This document shows, piece after piece, positions 1-10,174 of a DNA stretch of 64,000 nucleotides (position 1 is its first letter; each line of letters starts with the position of its first letter). The DNA is from Bdellovibrionota bacterium FG-1 (GTDB taxonomy: Bacteria > Bdellovibrionota > UBA1018). Made by a program: the position numbers and the translations under genes. The notes below the pieces were generated by a model. That model did no database searches. It was given only the letters and a program-made list of their open reading frames with translations, and was not told where the DNA came from. The DNA is taken from NCBI GenBank assembly GCA_051382295.1, contig JBBCAW010000052.1, positions 2,512 to 66,511 of the forward strand. Reading direction: 5' to 3'.

Positions 1-107
1 ATGAGCAGCACCAAGAAGATATCAGTCAGCGGCGTAATATTAATCTCAGCGACAATCCCCGCGTCCGTTTCGGCCCCATCCCCACTTCCCATGGTTTTAA
101 GGGCCAT
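1..107 (-). CDS. exbD: ExbD/TolR biopolymer transport protein (3' part outside window)
   Basis: Manual translation from ATG at 107: MALKTMGSGDGAETDAGIVAEINITPLTDIFLVLL, with the INITPLxD(I/V)xLVLL signature; overlaps the end of the ExbB-like gene. Confidence 0.85.
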   Translation of the reverse strand, partial: MALKTMGSGDGAETDAGIVAEINITPLTDIFLVLL

Positions 108-732
108 CGAAGGAGGCCTCCAACATCTCGGCAAATTCTTCAGTCTGCAGCTTGATCATCAGCGTCAGACCACTCCAGCGAGTCTGAAACGCATTATAAG
201 CCATCACGGAAACCACCGCGACCACAATCCCTGCCGCCGTGGCAATCAAGGACTCTGAAATCCCTGACGCAACCACCGCAAATCCACCCGAACCCGTGCG
301 AGCCATTTCTTGAAAGGAACGTAAAATCCCCACTACCGTTCCAAAAAGACCGATAAAAGGCGACGCACTTCCGATAGTCCCAAGAATCCAGAGGTATTGT
401 CTCAACTCCTGATTGACCATCAAGCGCCGTCGTTCCATCGTTTCATGCCAACGCGCTTGAAGGCGCACATCTTTTGAGCCCATTCGCTCAAGGCCGGCCA
501 TCAACAATCTTGAAGTCGGGAGATAAGGCTTGCGATGACACAGTCCATAGAGTTCGGCACGATCCCCGCGCAAAAGAATATTGATCGCCTCGAGGTGAAA
601 CCCTCGCAGCTCGCTATTCAGTCGCCGATAAGTCCAAAGACGTTCAAAAATCACGCCCCAGGCCGCTAAAGAACACAGCAGAAGGGGGTACATCGCAAAA
701 CCGCCAGTGGTGATCATGTGCCAAATGCTCAT
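97..732 (-). CDS. exbB: MotA/TolQ/ExbB proton channel protein
   Basis: LGTIGSASPFIGLFGTVVGI and GISESLIATAAG motifs; upstream of exbD. Confidence 0.88.
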   Translation of the reverse strand: MSIWHMITTGGFAMYPLLLCSLAAWGVIFERLWTYRRLNSELRGFHLEAINILLRGDRAELYGLCHRKPYLPTSRLLMAGLERMGSKDVRLQARWHETMERRRLMVNQELRQYLWILGTIGSASPFIGLFGTVVGILRSFQEMARTGSGGFAVVASGISESLIATAAGIVVAVVSVMAYNAFQTRWSGLTLMIKLQTEEFAEMLEASFDGP

Positions 733-1746
733 CGTGCTTGCAACCGTAACGAGGCCTTCCTAGTATGTCAATCCATGCAGAGCTTATATCCAAGATCTTC
801 CATGATAGTGCCAGGGGTCGTGATTTGCGCAGCGTTATTAAGTGGCTGTAGCCACTCGGGGCCCGACTCCTCGACTCCCGCCAGAGAACTCAAGGAAGGA
901 GCAACGCTTTACTCCTTTGAACCCGAAAAAGTCATTGATCTTCTCATCACGAAGGCCGATCCATCGACGGGCGATCAATGGACCGCCCGAGTTCACCGTC
1001 CAGATTCGAAAAGCTCCGAGTGGGAAATCCTCACTGAAGGGGCGGGAGGCCCACTCTTGGACCGCAAAGCCGACGGGCTGTTAATCGCTCATCTTTTAGA
1101 CTCTCTTCATACCACCCCGATCGTCCATGCCTTTGCTGGAGGACCGCCTGAATCTTTGGGTCTCGCCCATCCCCGCTTTGCGCTAAAATGGCGGATCGAG
1201 CCAACCACTGAATTTGAGCTTAAAATTGGAAATCCCGCCGACCCAGACACCGCGTTTGCCATGATCCCGGGCCAAAGCCCTTTCGTGGTAGGGGGTGCGA
1301 CCCTCAAGATACTCGATTATCTAACGCATCTGGAGTCCCTCCGACTCAAAACCTGGGCCGGCTTCAACTCAGATGACATGGACGAAATTGAAATTTTTCA
1401 TGGCAAAAAAACCGAATTTTATGCCCAAAGGGAAGGAACCGATTGGACGAATCGAAATCACAAAAAAACAAGAGCCGACCTCAGCCCCTGGCTCGAGAAA
1501 CTCACCCATGCTAGAGTACTTGAGTTTATCGATGACCCCCTTTTGGCTAAAAACATTCGAACCGCCATTCAGGCACACCCCGATCGACAGGCTCTCTTTA
1601 AAGACCGTCATGGCCTTGCCACTCGGCTTTTGATCGGTAAAGGTGTTCGAGAGAGGGCCCACCATTTCTATGCCCTCAGTTCAAAAAGGCCAGAAGGCGT
1701 TTTTCAAATCTATCCCACATCAGCGAAGTCGCTAGACCCGCCCTAA
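718..1746 (+). CDS. Putative lipoprotein, DUF4340-like (true start probably 775 or 802)
   Basis: Lipobox LLSGC; GL-x-x-P and LKIG-x-x-x-P pattern resembling DUF4340. Confidence 0.55.
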   Translation: MPNAHRACNRNEAFLVCQSMQSLYPRSSMIVPGVVICAALLSGCSHSGPDSSTPARELKEGATLYSFEPEKVIDLLITKADPSTGDQWTARVHRPDSKSSEWEILTEGAGGPLLDRKADGLLIAHLLDSLHTTPIVHAFAGGPPESLGLAHPRFALKWRIEPTTEFELKIGNPADPDTAFAMIPGQSPFVVGGATLKILDYLTHLESLRLKTWAGFNSDDMDEIEIFHGKKTEFYAQREGTDWTNRNHKKTRADLSPWLEKLTHARVLEFIDDPLLAKNIRTAIQAHPDRQALFKDRHGLATRLLIGKGVRERAHHFYALSSKRPEGVFQIYPTSAKSLDPP

Positions 1747-1769
1747 CCCAATGCCTTATACTGAAGGCT

Positions 1770-2489
1770 GTGTTTATCAAGGGACATCTCAACTTCACCT
1801 TAGACCAACAGGCTTTTGAATTTATCCACCAAAACATTTCTCTTTTTGGTGTCACGGGCCTTCCATGGGGGAGTTTGAATCCCAAGACTGACTTTGGCCG
1901 GGAAATCAGCGTCGCCTTGCGAATCCCTTCCACTGAAAATATTCACCTCGTCACGCGTGGATATCTCATGAGAGAATCCACGACCGTGGCCCAACGTATG
2001 GGCATCAAGTTTTGCTTAGAGCCGGATATTCAAACCAAACTCAGTCAACTCATCCAGGTCTCCGGATTTTACCCCACGGATTATCTCCGTAAATACCCCA
2101 GAATTCCGACGGATACCCGAATTCAGACTTTTCCCGTACATGTCTTGGCAAGCCTTGAAGGACAACCAGCCGCAACACCCCCCATCGTTTTAAGCATCAG
2201 CAACCTCAGCCCCAATGGCCTTTTACTGTATACCGAAAATCAGCAGGCGCTCACGCTCAACCCTGGGCAAAAAATCCGGCTGACGATTGAACCACGCGGG
2301 TGGTTTCCGATGCCAGTCCAGCTTCAAGGTCTGATTTGCCGGATAGTCGACGAACTCGAACCCAAAAATGGCAATATCATCCGATATCTCGGGATCAAGT
2401 TTCTATCGGTGGACGACATCAATCGAACGGCCTTCTTGGATCTTCTCAAGGATATCCTCGGGCAAATCAAAAAGGCCCCCCCTGTTTAA
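1770..2489 (+). CDS. PilZ-domain protein
   Basis: RKYPR (RxxxR) and NLSPNG (D/NxSxxG) c-di-GMP-binding motifs; GIKF ends in two domains. Confidence 0.8.
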   Translation: MFIKGHLNFTLDQQAFEFIHQNISLFGVTGLPWGSLNPKTDFGREISVALRIPSTENIHLVTRGYLMRESTTVAQRMGIKFCLEPDIQTKLSQLIQVSGFYPTDYLRKYPRIPTDTRIQTFPVHVLASLEGQPAATPPIVLSISNLSPNGLLLYTENQQALTLNPGQKIRLTIEPRGWFPMPVQLQGLICRIVDELEPKNGNIIRYLGIKFLSVDDINRTAFLDLLKDILGQIKKAPPV

Positions 2490-2914
2490 GCGGCCTGCCG
2501 ATCAAGCGCGGTCGTTGTTTCACTGATGAGGTAAAATTCCTTAGCCAAAACACCGATCAAATCACCAAAAGAGACGACACCGATGGCGGCAGCATGCTGA
2601 TCGACGACCACGATCCGACGTACACCGGCATTTTGCATTTTCTTGATGCAATCAAAAAAACCATCGGTGTCACGACAGGTCACCAGGGGATCCGTCGACA
2701 CATCTTTAGCTAACGTACGAGCCATATCCAGATTTTTAGCAAAACAACGCACCACGATATCTCGGTCGGTAATAACGCCCCGTGGTTTTTTACCATCCAA
2801 GACTACGACGCATCCCACATTTTTAGCCGCCATTAACTCGGCCACTTTTTGAACCTTGGTATTAGGCTCCACGCTCACCAACTCGCCGCTCAGAATATCT
2901 TTGATCATGATCAA
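2486..2914 (-). CDS. CBS-domain protein
   Basis: GCVVV...GVITDRDIV and RRIVVVD...GVVSFGDL CBS pair. Confidence 0.88.
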   Translation of the reverse strand: MIMIKDILSGELVSVEPNTKVQKVAELMAAKNVGCVVVLDGKKPRGVITDRDIVVRCFAKNLDMARTLAKDVSTDPLVTCRDTDGFFDCIKKMQNAGVRRIVVVDQHAAAIGVVSFGDLIGVLAKEFYLISETTTALDRQAA

Positions 2915-3051
2915 TAGTCCTTTCGATATGAGTTTTTGCGAAAGATGAATTGCAATAACGAGTCCTGACCACTAGCCGTCAGTCCAGATCGAATATTTAA
3001 TCTCAATATAAAGTTCCCACCCAAGTAGTCTGTTCAACCCAAAGCCGTAAC

Positions 3052-3477
3052 TTGCCATTTAGCCTCTCTGCATATGACGTCAATACCGTATCGAACCAAA
3101 CAGTTGCGATGTGTCAGGCCAACCGTTACACCAGCAACCTCGAATGCACTTCAAACCTTTCCTGTCGTTACCAAGACGCTTATAACCCAGCCCCACAGCC
3201 TCCGGTCTACGTACCAGGCCCGGGCCCAGGTTACCCAGGTCATCATGGCCCAGCCCACCCCCCAGTCTATGTACCAGGCCCAGCGCCTCAGCCTCCGGGT
3301 TTTGGCGGCCAACCGGTTTTTGTGTGCACCATTGCCACACGAATGGGCACCATCACTGGCCCAGAAGCCATGGGTCAAGAAGGCGCAGCGCTCGCAGCAC
3401 GTGAACGCTGCCGTGAAGTCACCGGAAACCCAGCCGCTTGCGCCGGTGGCGGTGTGAGCTGCCGACGCGTTCGTTAA
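3052..3477 (+). CDS. Cys-rich/Pro-rich hypothetical protein, possibly 5'-truncated
   Basis: Two Cys-spaced modules joined by a duplicated PVYVPGP linker; the first module extends upstream of the only available start to an in-frame stop at 2998-3000. Confidence 0.5.
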   Translation: MPFSLSAYDVNTVSNQTVAMCQANRYTSNLECTSNLSCRYQDAYNPAPQPPVYVPGPGPGYPGHHGPAHPPVYVPGPAPQPPGFGGQPVFVCTIATRMGTITGPEAMGQEGAALAARERCREVTGNPAACAGGGVSCRRVR

Positions 3478-3632
3478 GAGAGCTCTTTCGCGCAATCTCA
3501 AACGACGACCAAAATCAGAAGATCCGGGGGGCCTCACTCTCCGGATCTTCTTCATTTTTGGTTCATTTCTGGTTCATTTCTGGCAAAATATTGACAGTGA
3601 ACGAGTTCTTTCCAGAAAGGTCTTTTGCGACC

Positions 3633-3660
3633 TCAAGCCCCCGGCCCATTATTCCGAAAT
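3633..3660 (+). promoter_or_regulatory. Putative sigma-28 (FliA) promoter
   Basis: TCAAG-N15-TCCGAAAT just upstream of the 3667 ORF. Confidence 0.45.
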
Positions 3661-3666
3661 AAATAA

Positions 3667-5505
3667 GTGATATGTAAGCGCTATCATTTAAATCTCCTGT
3701 GCGCGAGCCTGGCCACTTTCGCCATCGCGCTCCTCTGTTCTTGCAGTGACGATCCGATCGATATTCATCCTCTCGAAACGACCCTGAGCAATGCCGCAAA
3801 CGGGATGACCTGGCATGCCCCGCACGCGATGGACTTAGGAGACCTCCTCGATTCAACCAACCTGTCACAGTTTTATGCCGCGAACTCACTGTCACCTTTG
3901 GTAAAAACCCAATCCACGACCATCACGGCGAATCTCGACCCCGTGAAACAAAGTTTCGGAGATTTTCATCTTGCCGGATCCACTCAAAGTGCGGTCCTGA
4001 TCTCAAGCCTTTTTGATGGCAGCCATTTTCGGGCCGCCCAGCGCCTCTACTCGCCTTACACTTTCGGGGGTACCGGGTGGGCGCAGCCCGCAACGGCTGG
4101 AGGTTATTTGGACGACAATCCATCACTCGATTATTTGAACCTCGCCGCGAGCTTCAGCCCCGGAAACACTCTCCTCACCATTTTCAACTCCTCCCGGACT
4201 TCCCTTGGTTCAGCTGATCTCGGTCAAAACACCCTCAGTTCGATGGGCACCTGGAGTGATCTCTCGCACGCCCTGAGTTCGGCACTCGTCGACAAACCGA
4301 TCGGTTCGCAGCCCCTCTACGGTGCCACCTCAAGTATCGCGTGGGATCCACTGGGCCACGCCTATTACGGATTTATCGACACCTCAAATAACGCCCATAT
4401 TCAGCGTTATACCGGATCGAGCTGGTATCTGCCAGGCGGCGTGGCGACCGATGATATCACTGCAGTACTCGGAACCTCCGTCTCCCAAATCCAACTTTTA
4501 AACGACGGCCTCGGGGTCACCGCGCTTTGGGTGCCCGACACAACCACCAACCCCTCCCTACAAAGTGCATGGTCACTCGACAACGACTCAGGAACCACCA
4601 ACGGTTTTAGCACTACCAATATTTTAAGTTCTGGACTCATTCGCTCGATGGCCGCAGCGGCTGACGATCAGGGAAACGTCGTGAGCGTATTTATACAACA
4701 ATACCCCAGCCTCGCTCTTCCGCCGGTAGATACGATCACCACCACACCGCCTACGCGCTACTACGATTATCGCGTCTATGGCTCCGCGCGGGGCGCGTCG
4801 GGATTATGGATTGGCCCAACGCAACTCGATGACCCCTCCAAGTTTGATATCTACACCACGACACACTATCAAGATTCGTTGGGAGTTAAAGGTAATGTCG
4901 AAGCCGTCGGCGGGATCGAATGGTACTCTCCCGCGATCGCCTATGTCGGGAGCGGCCGGTTTATGGCGGCCTTTGCGATCACTGACTTGGTAGCATTAAA
5001 AAGCAGTATTGTCGTCCGAGGGTATACCGTTGGAACAGGCTGGGATCCGATCGATCAAATCGTCGAACTGGACTCACTCTCCATGAATTCTGTCACTGAA
5101 GCTTATCGCTACGCTAACGATCTGAAACTAGTAGGGGATGGCCAAGGAAACGCCACCTTGATCGCGCACGTCGTCGTACCGAGCGGCACCGGCTCGACAC
5201 ACACTCTTCGTAATTATGGATTTAAGGCCTACCCCTACTCGTATTCGGATTCGGGCAAAACCGGCAGCTGGGGATCAGGCCAACTTTTAGCCAACTCGAT
5301 TTGCCGCGCCAGCACTGCGCAGTTCACGCTCCCGATCGCCATAAGTGCAACCACCGGGGCCGAACGCTATTTTTGTTGGGCACTCAAAGCCGAGGCCGTG
5401 ATGTTTGCCGGCGGTGAAACGGTCATCGTCTATCCCGCGCCCGCTGCGGGCAGTGGTACCCTTTCAACCTATTTACGGCTCTATTCGACGGAGCTTCGAA
5501 AATGA
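3667..5505 (+). CDS. Large Ser/Thr/Gly-rich lipoprotein, probable beta-propeller
   Basis: Signal peptide with lipobox LCSC; repeated A-x-D-x-x-GN and G-x-x-W blade-like motifs. Confidence 0.65.
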   Translation: MICKRYHLNLLCASLATFAIALLCSCSDDPIDIHPLETTLSNAANGMTWHAPHAMDLGDLLDSTNLSQFYAANSLSPLVKTQSTTITANLDPVKQSFGDFHLAGSTQSAVLISSLFDGSHFRAAQRLYSPYTFGGTGWAQPATAGGYLDDNPSLDYLNLAASFSPGNTLLTIFNSSRTSLGSADLGQNTLSSMGTWSDLSHALSSALVDKPIGSQPLYGATSSIAWDPLGHAYYGFIDTSNNAHIQRYTGSSWYLPGGVATDDITAVLGTSVSQIQLLNDGLGVTALWVPDTTTNPSLQSAWSLDNDSGTTNGFSTTNILSSGLIRSMAAAADDQGNVVSVFIQQYPSLALPPVDTITTTPPTRYYDYRVYGSARGASGLWIGPTQLDDPSKFDIYTTTHYQDSLGVKGNVEAVGGIEWYSPAIAYVGSGRFMAAFAITDLVALKSSIVVRGYTVGTGWDPIDQIVELDSLSMNSVTEAYRYANDLKLVGDGQGNATLIAHVVVPSGTGSTHTLRNYGFKAYPYSYSDSGKTGSWGSGQLLANSICRASTAQFTLPIAISATTGAERYFCWALKAEAVMFAGGETVIVYPAPAAGSGTLSTYLRLYSTELRK

Positions 5506-7130
5506 GCAAAAAACGTTCAAACTTAAATAGGTTTGCCCTACTCGCGCTCCCTCTTTTTTTGAGCTGTGCATCCAACGTCGATTTTACAAGCCCCACCCCC
5601 ATTCCCAGCGGAATCGTCGGAAAATCCTGGCAAACACCCTATTTTGTGGATGACGGCCTTTACACGCCCTTGGTGCTCACCCCTTCCGCCGCCCTTTGGT
5701 CTTTTGATGCCGCACTTTCGGACAACACCCTTCAAGTGGCAGCGACCTGGCACGACGCCAACGAAACCGTGTATCGAGGGTATGGACGACTCTATGCTGA
5801 GTCCACCGGTTGGAGCACCGCTGCCAGCGCTCATTTTACGCAAATCGCGACAGACGGAAGCACTGACCTGCGAGCCGTCACCCTGGCCTCAGCAGCGGGA
5901 GGCATTTTTGCCGCTCAATTTTTTGGCGGGACCAACACCGATGGAGTGAGCGCTCTTTACAATACAACTTACTGGCATACGTACAGTGCCGTCAGTCTAT
6001 CCACCATTCCGACCATCACAGCCGCCTCTAACCTCATCCAAGGTCCGCGAGCGGTGAGTACCTTAGACGCACAAAAACGCGGCTATGTGTTTTTTATCGG
6101 CGGGGATAATTCGGGCGATGTCTACGGCACCACTTGGCAATCCACCAACGACCAGGGCATCGCGACCTCATTGCAGAATATTTCAAACGGAGCGGCGGCT
6201 CCTGCATCCGGAGTCACCACCCTGTTTGACGGAAGCACCCGGGTCTGTGTGACCTATGAGCTTTCGAGCACCTCCCTGCTTTATGCCAAGTGCTTCGACG
6301 CATCCCAAGCAACCCTCCCGAATTTGGGCGCGACTAGCGCTGCTCAAATCAGCGCGGCCCGTGTCGCGGGACACGAAACGGCGACTGATGAGGCCGGAAA
6401 TATCATGGCGGTCTTCTACCAACTGGTGGGGAATGAATATCATTTGTTCTCCAATCTGGCCTCCAGCGGAACATGGGCCGCAAGTACTACGCAGGTCGAT
6501 AGCGGGATGGATGCCGGGTATTCAGCCCCCTCACCTTCAACCAGTGGTACCGCCATTGCAGGAGCCCGCCCGGGCGTTGCGCATGTGGGGGCCGGCCGCT
6601 TCTTGGCCGTGTGGGTCGGAATCAATACGACCGCCTCGCCCATGCTGACCCAGCTTTACTCTTCGCTTTATACACCGGGATCCGGATGGAGCACGGCGAG
6701 CGCCATCAGCGGAACCCAAGAACCCTACGCCAGTACGCCCCACCCTCAAGGTCTTCATGTTTTTGGAAACGGCCATGACAATGCTGGTTTTGCGCTCAAC
6801 AAAATTTACACCAGTCAAGCGATCGGGAGCGTGGCCGCAAGCACGCCCGATATCTACCCTGAATCCGCTCAAGTCCGCGTCACTCAAATCGGACGATGGC
6901 AAACACTACAAGGCTGGTTGCCAGTCACCACCGTGGGTAATTATTGCTACACCACTGGATCGGGCTCCTTTCCAACAAATATCGCCCAAACCGATGCCAG
7001 CTGCAATCAACGCCCCAAGGGTCTGATGTTTACGGATGGCAACAGCTTGGTTTTTTACCCCGATCGCGATAATAATACCTCTGCAACAAGCAATGGCAAC
7101 CGCCGGCTTGCTGTGATTGAGTTTAAATAA
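5502..7130 (+). CDS. Lipoprotein paralogous to the upstream gene, probable beta-propeller
   Basis: Lipobox FLSC; ATGA overlap; shared motifs (TDEAGNIMAVF vs DDQGNVVSVF; VAHVGAGRFLAVW vs IAYVGSGRFMAAF). Confidence 0.65.
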   Translation: MSKKRSNLNRFALLALPLFLSCASNVDFTSPTPIPSGIVGKSWQTPYFVDDGLYTPLVLTPSAALWSFDAALSDNTLQVAATWHDANETVYRGYGRLYAESTGWSTAASAHFTQIATDGSTDLRAVTLASAAGGIFAAQFFGGTNTDGVSALYNTTYWHTYSAVSLSTIPTITAASNLIQGPRAVSTLDAQKRGYVFFIGGDNSGDVYGTTWQSTNDQGIATSLQNISNGAAAPASGVTTLFDGSTRVCVTYELSSTSLLYAKCFDASQATLPNLGATSAAQISAARVAGHETATDEAGNIMAVFYQLVGNEYHLFSNLASSGTWAASTTQVDSGMDAGYSAPSPSTSGTAIAGARPGVAHVGAGRFLAVWVGINTTASPMLTQLYSSLYTPGSGWSTASAISGTQEPYASTPHPQGLHVFGNGHDNAGFALNKIYTSQAIGSVAASTPDIYPESAQVRVTQIGRWQTLQGWLPVTTVGNYCYTTGSGSFPTNIAQTDASCNQRPKGLMFTDGNSLVFYPDRDNNTSATSNGNRRLAVIEFK

Positions 7131-7148
7131 ACAGGGGAGTCCGAGAAA

Positions 7149-7820
7149 TTGACCGAAATCGACACTATTATTTTTGACCTCGACGGTACGTTAGTCGATA
7201 CCGAACGCACTGCCGCGCATGCGATCAGCACCTGTTTTGAGTCTTGGGGAATCCACATCGAAGCATCCGACTCGGCTCTCATCGCAGGCCGCACATGGGA
7301 AAGGACCTTCGAGTTTCTTTTTCAGAAATATTCTCTTCCCATCTCCCAGGATGAGGCGGCTCGAAAAATGATTGAAGCTTATCGGCACAGCCTCCAAAAC
7401 CATCTTCAATGCGTGCCAGGCAGCGTCACGGCAGTCCAAACTCTTGCGCAACACTATCCCTTAGGCCTGGTTTCGGGGTCTCATCGCAGGGAGATTTTCT
7501 TTGCTCTGGATCAGCTCAAAATTCGGGAACATTTCCAAGTAGTTTTGGGGGCCGAGGATTATCCCAACAGTAAACCTGCGCCCGATGGCTATATTAAGGC
7601 CCTTGGAATGATGAACAAACAAGCGCACCGCACCCTGATCTTTGAAGACTCTGCTCCGGGTATCTCGTCGGGCCGCGCCGCCGGCGCATGGGTGGTCGCC
7701 ATTACGGGCACCAATCACTTCCAACAAGATACCTCACACGCTCACCACCACATCGCTGACTTGACGGGGGTAGACAAAAGCTGGATTCAACGTGTTGCAT
7801 TAAAATTAAAACAGCTCTAG
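7149..7820 (+). CDS. HAD-superfamily phosphatase (beta-PGM/CbbY-like)
   Basis: [15 protein letters not shown] and FEDS motifs. Confidence 0.9.
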   Translation: MTEIDTIIFDLDGTLVDTERTAAHAISTCFESWGIHIEASDSALIAGRTWERTFEFLFQKYSLPISQDEAARKMIEAYRHSLQNHLQCVPGSVTAVQTLAQHYPLGLVSGSHRREIFFALDQLKIREHFQVVLGAEDYPNSKPAPDGYIKALGMMNKQAHRTLIFEDSAPGISSGRAAGAWVVAITGTNHFQQDTSHAHHHIADLTGVDKSWIQRVALKLKQL

Positions 7821-7866
7821 AGAAACTCACAAAGCTATGTCATGTTCAAAACCTCAGGAGACCTTC

Positions 7867-8361
7867 ATGACTTTTACAACTCAGGCCCTTTCTCGTACTC
7901 TTCCTTCTTTTTTTGCAATTGCCCTCATAGCTATGGGCGGCTGCACCAAAAAGGAAAACACTGAAGCTACTGCACCCGCAGGAAACACCCCTCCTGCCGC
8001 AGTGGTTGCCCAACCTGCAGCGCCGGTTCAGGCCACAACGACCCTCAAAATCGAAGACCTCAAAGTTGGAACTGGCGCCGAAGCAGTAGCCGGAAAAACC
8101 GTCACTGTGCACTACACAGGATGGCTCACGGATGGCAAAAAATTTGACTCCTCGCTCGACCGCAATGAACCTTTCAAATTTCCTCTGGCAGGCGGTCAAG
8201 TGATTCAAGGCTGGGACCAAGGCGTGGCCGGAATGAAAGTGGGCGGTAAACGCAAACTCACCATTCCTCCTCAACTCGGCTATGGTGAACGCGGTGCCGG
8301 CGGAGTGATCCCTCCGAATGCCACGCTGATCTTTGAAGTCGAACTCTTAGGCGTCAACTAA
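7867..8361 (+). CDS. FKBP-type peptidyl-prolyl isomerase lipoprotein
   Basis: [24 protein letters not shown] and GYGERG motifs; lipobox MGGC; AGGAG RBS before ATG 7867. Confidence 0.93.
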   Translation: MTFTTQALSRTLPSFFAIALIAMGGCTKKENTEATAPAGNTPPAAVVAQPAAPVQATTTLKIEDLKVGTGAEAVAGKTVTVHYTGWLTDGKKFDSSLDRNEPFKFPLAGGQVIQGWDQGVAGMKVGGKRKLTIPPQLGYGERGAGGVIPPNATLIFEVELLGVN

Positions 8362-8388
8362 AAACCTAAACACCCAAGGACTAACATT

Positions 8389-8613
8389 ATGGATACTCAA
8401 GATAACGCCACCGCGAATAACGAAGCTCCGGGCGGAGAAGTTTTGGTGGTCGCTTCCAAGATCAAAAATTATATCCGGGCACAAGCGGGCATGAACACCT
8501 CGGCCGCGGTGATGGAAGCCCTTTCGAATAAGATCCGACAACTCTGCGACCAAGCCATCGAGACTGCTAAAACGGATGGCCGCAAAACCGTCATGGATCG
8601 TGACTTCGGATAG
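8389..8613 (+). CDS. Bacterial histone-fold protein (Bd0055/HBb-like)
   Basis: EVLVVASKIKNYI...MNTS...LS...QLC...AKTDGRKTVMDRDF closely matches the recalled Bdellovibrio histone Bd0055, including the RKTV-x-x-RD histone L2 motif; AAGGA RBS. Confidence 0.9.
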   Translation: MDTQDNATANNEAPGGEVLVVASKIKNYIRAQAGMNTSAAVMEALSNKIRQLCDQAIETAKTDGRKTVMDRDFG

Positions 8614-8992
8614 GCCCCCTCTTTCACGCGCCCAACTCACGCTGCTTTACTCGCACATCGGAGGCGAAGCGGGTCTTCGTGCAATTTTGCGTGATTTTTA
8701 TCAGCAACTCTCGAAAGACATTTTGGTAGGTTTTTTCTTCGATGGAAAAGACCTCAATCAGATCGCTGACACTCAGGCTAATTTCCTCATGCGCGCAATG
8801 GGGGCCATCCCCTCCTATTCCGGAAAAGCTCCCGCGCAAGCGCATGAACATTTGGCACCGATATTAGGCGGCCATTTTGACCGAAGATTGCGGGTGCTCG
8901 AACAACTGCTTCGTGCCCACGGCCTCAGTGATGAGGCTATCCAAATATGGGTTCAATTCGAAAATGCGTTTCGTGAGGCCATTGTCAAATAA
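8576..8992 (+). CDS. Group 1 truncated hemoglobin (start uncertain, possibly GTG near 8600)
   Basis: LY-x-x-IGG, DFY, FF, Q-x-x-F, YSGK...AH, HFD motifs of 2/2 globins. Confidence 0.82.
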   Translation: MAAKPSWIVTSDRPPLSRAQLTLLYSHIGGEAGLRAILRDFYQQLSKDILVGFFFDGKDLNQIADTQANFLMRAMGAIPSYSGKAPAQAHEHLAPILGGHFDRRLRVLEQLLRAHGLSDEAIQIWVQFENAFREAIVK

Positions 8993-9005
8993 TCAAAGCT
9001 GGGCA

Positions 9006-10172
9006 TCAGACAAAATTGCCCCGCTTGATCTTTTCGATAATGATCTTCTCAGGCATCGTAGGATCTTTGGGGTCGACTGAAAAATAGGCTTGCTGCTCGC
9101 AACGCCGTTTATTCTCGAGCAACCATCTCAAAATATTGGCCAGCCCCTTATTGCGCTTATCATGAAAGAAGGGGTCATTCTTGAGCGCATCGGCGGCCTT
9201 TTTTAAAGCTCGCACTTCCTGCGCATCGTTTTCCTTCACTCCATAATCGTTCAGGTCATACTTTTTAATGTCTTCGGGCAAGACGCCCAAAAACTTAACA
9301 TCGGGTGCCGAGTAATCCGAGTTGCGAATCAGTGAGGCCGCCGAGCCGGCCTTGAGCGTACGAAAAATATTTTGCATCGTGTACGCGTCGAGATCTCCAA
9401 AGAAAAAAAGCGGCACTTTCAACTGATCTTGAATCAGCTTACACCAACCCCGCACGGCATTTGAGGGTACGCCTTGCGCACCCATAATGATCGCATTATT
9501 TCGCTTGGTAAACCCGTTGGCCACCAGCGTGTTAGCCGTACCTTCAGACTCGACCACCAGACAGAAATCGACTTTCTTCCTAACCGAAAGTTTAAGATTT
9601 TGAGGCCGGTTTTTGGGCTGAAACGGTGACGTCCCCAACTGGGACAAATCAATCGTCGCCTTAGTGCCGTCGGTCATCGTTTCAACCACGACTAACTGCT
9701 GAGAGTAGGTCTGACCACCGCGGTCATTGGCGTAGCAATTGACTTCCTCCCGATAACATTCCAGCAACTCGCAGATAAAATCGATAATCTCGTCGCTCTC
9801 GCCCTGCTCCGTAAAATCCAGGGGTTTCAGCATGGGATCATGCTTGACCTCGCCTTTACTGATGTAATAAAGTTCGCGCTTAGTATTGACCGCCCCGGTA
9901 TCAATATTGCGCAACAACACTTCGAGTAAAAAAATCGTGCGCGACATCTTTTTAACCGAACTCACATTGAGCTCGGTAGCCACTTTTTTGTTCCCTGGAG
10001 TGAGATAGCCCAATTTGTGATTATAAATGGAGTTATCCAACGAACACTTGGTTGCATATAGAACCGGCCGCCTGGCGTTTTCAAGATCCAGAAGCAAACG
10101 GGAGCACAGCTCCTTGCTCATCTTGGGAATATCTTCGCCACTGCCTTTTCGGGACATCGAAATCACCGACAT
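9006..10172 (-). CDS. top6A: DNA topoisomerase VI subunit A (Spo11-like)
   Basis: TKRELYY catalytic Tyr motif; Toprim VVESEG and GDLD; downstream of top6B. Confidence 0.9.
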   Translation of the reverse strand: MSVISMSRKGSGEDIPKMSKELCSRLLLDLENARRPVLYATKCSLDNSIYNHKLGYLTPGNKKVATELNVSSVKKMSRTIFLLEVLLRNIDTGAVNTKRELYYISKGEVKHDPMLKPLDFTEQGESDEIIDFICELLECYREEVNCYANDRGGQTYSQQLVVVETMTDGTKATIDLSQLGTSPFQPKNRPQNLKLSVRKKVDFCLVVESEGTANTLVANGFTKRNNAIIMGAQGVPSNAVRGWCKLIQDQLKVPLFFFGDLDAYTMQNIFRTLKAGSAASLIRNSDYSAPDVKFLGVLPEDIKKYDLNDYGVKENDAQEVRALKKAADALKNDPFFHDKRNKGLANILRWLLENKRRCEQQAYFSVDPKDPTMPEKIIIEKIKRGNFV

Positions 10173-10174
10173 GA

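Noticed and set aside
1-258. Plus-strand 85-aa ORF
   Set aside because: Antisense to exbD/exbB, which have clear motifs
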